The notes under the pieces: model-generated | What the model was told of the DNA's origin: nothing | Seen by the model: the letters and a program-made list of their open reading frames with translations, nothing else | The model's database searches: none | Made by a program: the position numbers and the translations under genes | DNA from: Patellaria atrata CBS 101060 | Lineage: Eukaryota | Length of the DNA stretch: 61,348 bases | NCBI GenBank assembly: GCA_010093705.1 | Contig: MU006111.1 | Coordinates: forward strand, 263,244-324,591 | Reading direction: 5' to 3' | In this document: positions 54,074 through 61,348 of the stretch, one piece after another | Layout: the number at the start of each line of letters is the position of its first letter | How positions within the stretch are numbered: the first letter of the stretch is position 1

Positions 54074-57000
54074 TATTATAATAAAAGTTTATATTTATTT
54101 AAATAAAATTAGATAAATTTAGAAATATATTTAACTTTTTATTTAATATAATTAACTATAAAGATAAGTTTAGTAAAATAATAGAATATATATAATAAAG
54201 ATATTTTAAATTAATAATATAATTTATTAACTTTTTAACTTTAGATAATATTTATAATAAGATAAAATATACTATATAAAAATAATATAATAAATAAAGT
54301 TAAGTTTAAAACTATAATATTTAAATTTATAAATAAGATTAATAGTAAAAATAATTATTAAAAATCTAAATATATAAAGAAAAAACTATTTTTAAATATT
54401 TCTATTCTTTATAATTAATTTAATATATCTATATTTTTTTTTAAATATAATAACTATTTTAGATATAAATCTTTTTCTATATTCTTTATATTTATTATAT
54501 TTATAATCTAAATATTTTAAATATAATAAATATAAATTTTTTCTTATATTTTTTATATTTATTATATTTATAATCTTTTAATTATATAATCTTTAATTAC
54601 TAGTTTTATCTATAATTTTCTTAAATAGTATTTCTATAATTTATAATTATAATATTATTCTTTTTCTTTTTAATTTTTATTTTAAAAGTTTATTTCTTTC
54701 TTTTATTTAAATATAAAGTAGATATATTATCTATTTATTAAATTATATATATATTTTTTCTCTTTTTTCTAAAATACTTTAAATTAAATCTTATATAATT
54801 TATTATTAATATTTTATAACTTAAATTATATTTTTTAATTAATTAATATTTACTCTTTATTTTATTTATTATTATTAATTTTATATTTATTATTTTAATC
54901 TTTTTTCTAGTTTTTATTTTAAATATATAGCTTATAATTCTAAATAAAATCTCGTAATAATATAAAAGGATTAAAATAAATTAAATACTTTATAATTTAA
55001 ACTTTATTATAAATTTATTAAGGTCTAAATTTCTTATAATAATATATATATTTAAATATTAAAGGCTTTTATTTATAAAGAGTAATTAATATAATAGCTT
55101 TAATTTTTTAATTAAAAAAAGAGTAAAATAATCCACTATAAACTAGATTTTATTAAAAAACTTAAAACTTTAAAATAAATAATTAAAAAATAATAAATTT
55201 CTTTAATTATTTTTTCTTCTTTTACTATTATATTTTCTTTTAATTAGTTTAGTTTAGATTTTTCTATTCTTAAAAATCTAGAATTTTCTAATTTTAATAA
55301 TAAAACTATTTAAATTTCTAATTATAATTTATTAAATATTTAAGTAATTTTTATATATTATTTATATATTTATAATCTTTCTACTTTATTAAATATTTAT
55401 ATTAATTATTTATTTATTATAAATTTAAAATTTATTTTATTTTATAAATATTTTCTTTTTTAAGTTTTATAAATTATATTTAAAGTTTAATATTAATATA
55501 TATTAATTCTAAAAATAATATATAAAAAATTAAATATATTTTTATTCTTTATAATAATTTTAATTTATAATTAACTTTTTCTTTAATTTATTTAATTTTA
55601 AAGAATCTAATTTTCTTATAATTTAGTTTTTTATTAAGTTATTTTATTTTAAAATTTTTCTATAATAAATAAACTTTATTCTTTTTTTTAAAGATTAATT
55701 CTAATAATTTATATTAATTATTATACTTTATAACTTTTATTATTTAAAAAGTTATATTTTTTAATAATTAATTATATAATTCTTTAATTTACCTAACTTT
55801 TAATATTATTTTTTATAAAATACTTTAAACTATTCTTAACTCGCGATATACTTTTAACTTAAAACTATAATTTATATAAAAAAGTAAAATCTTTATAATA
55901 TTAAATTTTATATTATTATATATAAATTATATTATTAATAGTAGTTTTATTTAATTATTTTATTAATAATTTATATAATTATATAAATATTATTTTAAAA
56001 ATTAGTTTATTCTTTTAATTTAATTATTTATTTATAGATAAAAGCTTATAAATAATTTATAATTTATCTTTAAACTTTATATTAAAGTTTATAAAAATAT
56101 TAATTTAAATAGTTTATTTTTATTTAAAATAATTTCTTTTAATATTTAATAATTTATTAATATTATTTTTAATATTAATATTATTATTTATAATATTATT
56201 ATCTTTATCTTTATTAATATAAAGTAAATAAACTTTATTAATTATTTTATAATAATTAATATTATATTATATTTTATTTCTATCACTAAATTTTTAAATT
56301 TTAATAAATTTATAATAAAGTCTATTATTATTAAATTTTACATTTATCTTAATAGTTTAATATATTATATTTATCTATAAAATATATACTTTATACTTTT
56401 ATTTTATATATAATTATTATATTTTAATATAATTTATTTTATTATATTTCTTATTTTTAGAAAATAGTAATTTTTTAAAATTCTTTTTAAGATTTTATTA
56501 ATATTTTAATAACTATATATTAATACTTTATAAATTTTCTTAATAAAAGTTTTTTATAATATTATTAATATATATATAAGTTTATTATATAATTATATTT
56601 TTTTAACTATTTTTATTATTTTTAAATTATTATCTTTTTAAAATTTCTTTATTATATTATTCTTTTAATAAATATTATAAATTTATTATTCTTTTATAAA
56701 TTCGATTATTAGTATTATAGTTAATTTTAATTAATTATATTTAATCGCGTTATTTTCTTTCTTTAATATTATATTATATATTAGTTTTATTTTTTTTAAA
56801 TAATTAAATTTTCTATTTATAATATTAGTTAATTTATTTTTAACTTCTAATTTATAGAATATTTTAAAGTTAAAAAATATAAATATTTCTATTTATTTTA
56901 TTTATTTTCGATTTAACTTTTTTATTATAAGAAAGTTTATTAAATTTTAATAATTTAATTAAATTTTTATAATATATTTAAGTTCTTTAAAATATAATCT

Positions 57001-59495
57001 TTATTATTTAAATATATTAATAATTATTAATAACTCTTTATTATATATATTATAGTTTAACTTTATAATTATAAACTTTTATAAATAAAAGATTATTAAA
57101 TATAATTATTCTTTCTTATTTAATTAACTTATATATATATTTAATATATAATCTAATATATTAATTTTAAATATAATCTTTTTTTTTAAATTAAATATAA
57201 TTAAAATAAATATTATAATAAATTTTTTTTTAAATTTATTAAATATTTTTTATATCTTTTTTATTTAAATAAAGATATTCTCCTTTTTTATTAATTTTAA
57301 TAATAGTATTATTATCTTTAAATATTTTTAAATAAACTTTTTATAATAATTTATAAAGTTTAAAAATAATTATATATTTTTTATACTTTTTAAAATAGAT
57401 TATTTTACTATTATTTTTATCTTTTTTAAGTTTATTTATACTTCTTTTATAATAATAATAAAGCTTAAAAATTTATATTTATTTAAATATATTAAGAGCT
57501 TCTTTTTTTATAATTTTCTTAAAATCTTTTTAATATATTCTCTATATTTTTTAAATATATTATTTATATATATTAATATATTATTTAAATAAATTATTAT
57601 AAATATATCTAAATATTCTTTTAATATATAATTAATTATTATTTAAAATATTACTAAAATATTAATTAAATTAAAAAATATTATTATATATTTATATAAT
57701 TTAAATTTTATTTTTATAACTATTTTCTATTTCTTATCTTCTTTTATATAAATATAATATTATTCTTTATAAATATTAAATTTTATAAACTATTTTACTT
57801 TTTATAATTTATCTTAAATTTTTAAGATTAAAAGTAATAAATATTTATTTTTAATTATAATATTATTTAATTATTTATAATTAATATATAATTTTAGCTT
57901 ATTATTCTTTTTTAATATAAATAGAATTAATAAAATTATTAAATTTTTATTAAATTATATATATCTTTTTATTAAATTAATATAAATATATTTTTTAAAT
58001 ATTTTATATTATTTTTTTAATAATAGATAAATAAAATTAAATTATAATTTTATACTTTTTTTTAATACTATTTTATAATTCTATATTTAATAATCTAAAA
58101 ATATAGTTATTATATCTTTTTTAAGTAAATTTTTAAACTTATTATATTTTTTAAATATTTTAAATTCTTTAAAAATCTTTTTAATATTTATTTTTCTAAA
58201 TTATATTATTTTTATACTTTTAAATTTATTTTTATAAATCTTTATTTTATTATAATATAAAATATATTCTATAAATATAATAATATTTATTTATTTAATA
58301 TATTTTATTTATTTAACTTTATTCTTTTTTAAAATATTTTAATTAATTTAAATATTTTTTATCTTTTAATTAATATTTAAATTTATTATTTATAAATAAT
58401 TTATTTTTAAAATTATATTTATATTTTCTAGATTAATTATAAAAATATATTAAATAATTATTTTCTCTTATATATTAATTTTTATTAATATAATTTTAAA
58501 GTTAATTAAATTTTATCTATATTTTATTTCTTTATTATTTTCTAATTATAATAAAACTAAATTTTTAAATTTTATATAAAATATATTTTTCTTTTTTATT
58601 TATCGAGATAAAATAAATAAATTAGTAATATTATTATTAATTAATATTATTATATTTTTATTATATATAATAATATTTATTTAAAATATTTTATTATTAT
58701 TTTATAAGATTTTAAGAAATTTAAAAATTATACTTTTTAATTATTTCTATTTTAAATAATTTAATAGTTTTTTATATAATTATAAACTAGATAATCGAGT
58801 TTTAAATATTTAATTTAATATAATTTATTATATTTATTATAATATAACTTTTTATAATATTCTTTATATTTAAACTCTTAATATTTTTATTTAATAATTA
58901 TATTATAATTTAAGTTATTTTTAATTTCTATTTTTTATCTTTATATTATATAATAATTATATTATATATCTTTTATTATATATTATTTAAAGTTTTATAT
59001 ATTATATTTAATAATATATTTAAATATTTTATTATTATTTTAAAATATTTTAATTTTTTATAAAAATACTTTTTTTTTATAAAACTTTTCTTTTAAATCT
59101 TTATAATATTAATAATCTATATTATATTTATAGTTTTTCTATATTATTATTATATATTTTATATTAATTAATATTTAATAATATTATTTATATTTAAATT
59201 TATTTATATAATTAAAATTATTATATTTTCTATAATTATTTATTAATAATTTAAATCTTTAATTTTTTTTAAATTTTCTTATTTTATCTTTATAAATTTT
59301 ATATTCTTTTATCTAATATTTATCTTTAAGTAAATATATATATATAAGATTTTAAATTTTAAATTTTATTATAACTTTTTATTATTTATAATATAAGTAA
59401 TTATTCTCTTTATATTATATTTTTTAAAATATTAAATAATCTTTTATTTTTAATATATAATTTAATTATTATTCTTTATTAATTATATTAATATT
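54074..59495 (-). mobile_element. Chromovirus C3, 5'-truncated; 3' LTR at 54074-54654
   Basis: Reverse complement of C2 ~32820-38301 with a different LTR centre; PPT complement at 54655ff. Confidence 0.88.
54774..55343 (+). pseudogene. RIP-degraded antisense ORF of C3 (190 codons)
   Basis: In-frame homolog of 36999-37547; five of six putative Cys codons are TAT and the sixth is TAA. Confidence 0.65.
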
Positions 59496-59633
59496 AAAAT
59501 TTAATAAAATAAAATTATTATATATAAATATTTAATTTATAATATTATTATTTTTTAATTTAATCTTTATATTTAATAATTAATAATAAAGATAGTTAAA
59601 ATATAATTATTATAATTATATTATATTATTATA
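59496..59633 (+). mobile_element. 3' half of a family-B LTR
   Basis: Matches 9705-9842. Confidence 0.8.
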
Positions 59634-61348
59634 CTATTATTATAGATAATTAAAATTTCGATATAATTAATAAAGTAAAGAAATAAATAATTAAAAATCT
59701 AGATTAATTTATAATAAAATACTTTTATATAAAAGTAAAACTTATAATTTAAAAAATATAATTTAAAAAGATAATAAATCTTATTAATAAAATAATATTT
59801 AATTTATAATTAAAGTTATAAATATATTAAATAAATAAAGAAGCTATAAAATATTTTTAAAATAAAATTAATAATTTAAAAAAGTAAATTAAATAATTTA
59901 AATTAAATAAAAAAAATATCTAATTTAATAATAAATTTAATAATAAAGAATTATTAATATTATATAATTATAATAATTAAATTAAAATAATTAATTTAAT
60001 TAGAAATTTTAAAAGTAAAGATAATAATAAAAATAAAAAATTTCTTAATTTATTAAAATTAATTAATAATAAAAAGTTAATTTATAAAAAATAGAAAAAT
60101 AAAATAAATAATAAATTTTATATTAATAATAATTAATTTTAAAATAAAAGAATAAAAATTATTTATATTAAAATATAAATTAATAATAAAATAATTAAAT
60201 ATATATATTTTTTTTTAAAATTAAAGAAAAATAATTTAATTTTAATAAAATTAATAAAATTTCTAAATTAGATTTATAAAAATCTAAATAAATAATTAAA
60301 AGTTAAAAATAAATTAAAAAAGTTAAAATAAAATTATCTAATAAACTTTTTAAAGTTTTAGTTTATATTTATTTAATTAGCTAATAAAATTAAATTATTA
60401 TATAATTAATAGAAAAAAAAACTTTATAATAAATTTTATAATAATTTAAAATTAATAATAATAGAAACTATAAATAATAATAAAATTAGCTTTTAAAAAT
60501 ACTATAATAAAGTTATAATATAGATATAAAAGTTAAAAAAGTTAAATAAAGTTAATAAAATTTATAAAAAAAGTTAAAAATATAATAAATTAATTAAAAT
60601 AATTTTTATTTTAATAATAATAAATAGAATTTTATATTAATTAAAAAATAAAGAAATTATTTTATTTATAATATTATAAATAATAAAATAAATTATAATT
60701 ATTTAAAAGTTTATAAATAATTATTTTAATTATAATAAAATTAGATATAAAATATTAAAATATTAAAAATTAAAGAAAATAATTAAAGTAAAATTAATTT
60801 AAAAAAATAAATATTAAAGTTTAAAGTTTAATTTAAAGTTAAATTTAGAAAATAAGAAACTTTAAATAAAAATTTTATATTAAAGCTAATAATAGAAATA
60901 TTAATAATATTAATTAATAATCTAATATTAGAAAAATTATTTATAATATTATATTAAATTTTAAAGAATAAAATTATAATATAATTTAAAGCTTTAATTA
61001 ATATTAAAGTTTAAAAGTATATTTTATTAAATAAAAGATAATTATTCGCTTTAAAATAATATTTTAAAATTAAAGTTAAAAAGATAAATTAAAAGATTAA
61101 AATTAATATCTTTAATAATTTAAAGATAATATTAATTAATTAAATATTTAAGATAAACTTTATAATTAAAAAATAAAAATAGTTAATATTAATTATAATA
61201 ATAAATATAGATTATAATAATATATTTATAAATAAAAAATAGTTTTATAAAATTAATAATTTATTTAATTATAAATATTATTAAATTATTTAATTAAAAT
61301 AAATTATTATAATTAAAAATTAATAATAAAATATTATAATTTTAAAAA
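59634..61348 (+). mobile_element. Family-B internal fragment B2 (gag to protease), running off the window
   Basis: Colinear with B1 ~10322-12035. Confidence 0.9.

Larger units (their letters stand above)
7850..61348. other. AT-rich RIP-mutated transposon block (heterochromatin-type compartment), continuing past window end
   Basis: No long ORFs; CA/TG dinucleotides are nearly absent; residual C/G sit mostly in CG, CC and CT; multiple repeat copies differ almost only by transitions. Confidence 0.95.

Noticed and set aside
7850..61348. Mitochondrial, NUMT or AT-rich contaminant DNA
   Set aside because: No organellar genes, rRNA or tRNA are recognisable; the sequence resolves into RIP-mutated transposons with LTRs, TIRs and TSDs.
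7850..61348. Starship captain, Helitron, LINE or telomeric repeats
   Set aside because: No supporting motifs found by eye; nearly all of the block is explained by Gypsy and pogo elements.

Overview
Ascomycete (Pezizomycotina, probably Eurotiomycetes-like; this is inference) nuclear DNA in two compartments. Positions ~140-7800 are GC-balanced and carry three genes: a single-pass membrane Ser/Pro-rich hypothetical (-), a conserved spliced hypothetical (+) and the Hsp70/Hsp90 co-chaperone CNS1/TTC4 (-). From ~7850 to the window end there is a >53 kb, extremely AT-rich block with the RIP signature (CpA/TpG lost, TpA in excess). Reading through the C>T/G>A damage, most of it resolves into nested transposons with identifiable LTRs, TIRs and target-site duplications (TSDs). 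There are three Ty3/Gypsy chromovirus families (called A, B and C here; 198, 272 and ~580-640 bp LTRs) and at least three Fot1/pogo-type DNA transposon lineages (P, Q, R). The most notable observation is a RIP-degraded antisense ORF of 183-208 codons in the 3' region of all three family-C copies. It has an exact CX2CX6CX8CX2CX6C (Zn2Cys6-type) spacing followed by a coiled-coil-like tract with frame-preserving length changes. All de-RIPped protein motifs are manual back-inferences, not database results.
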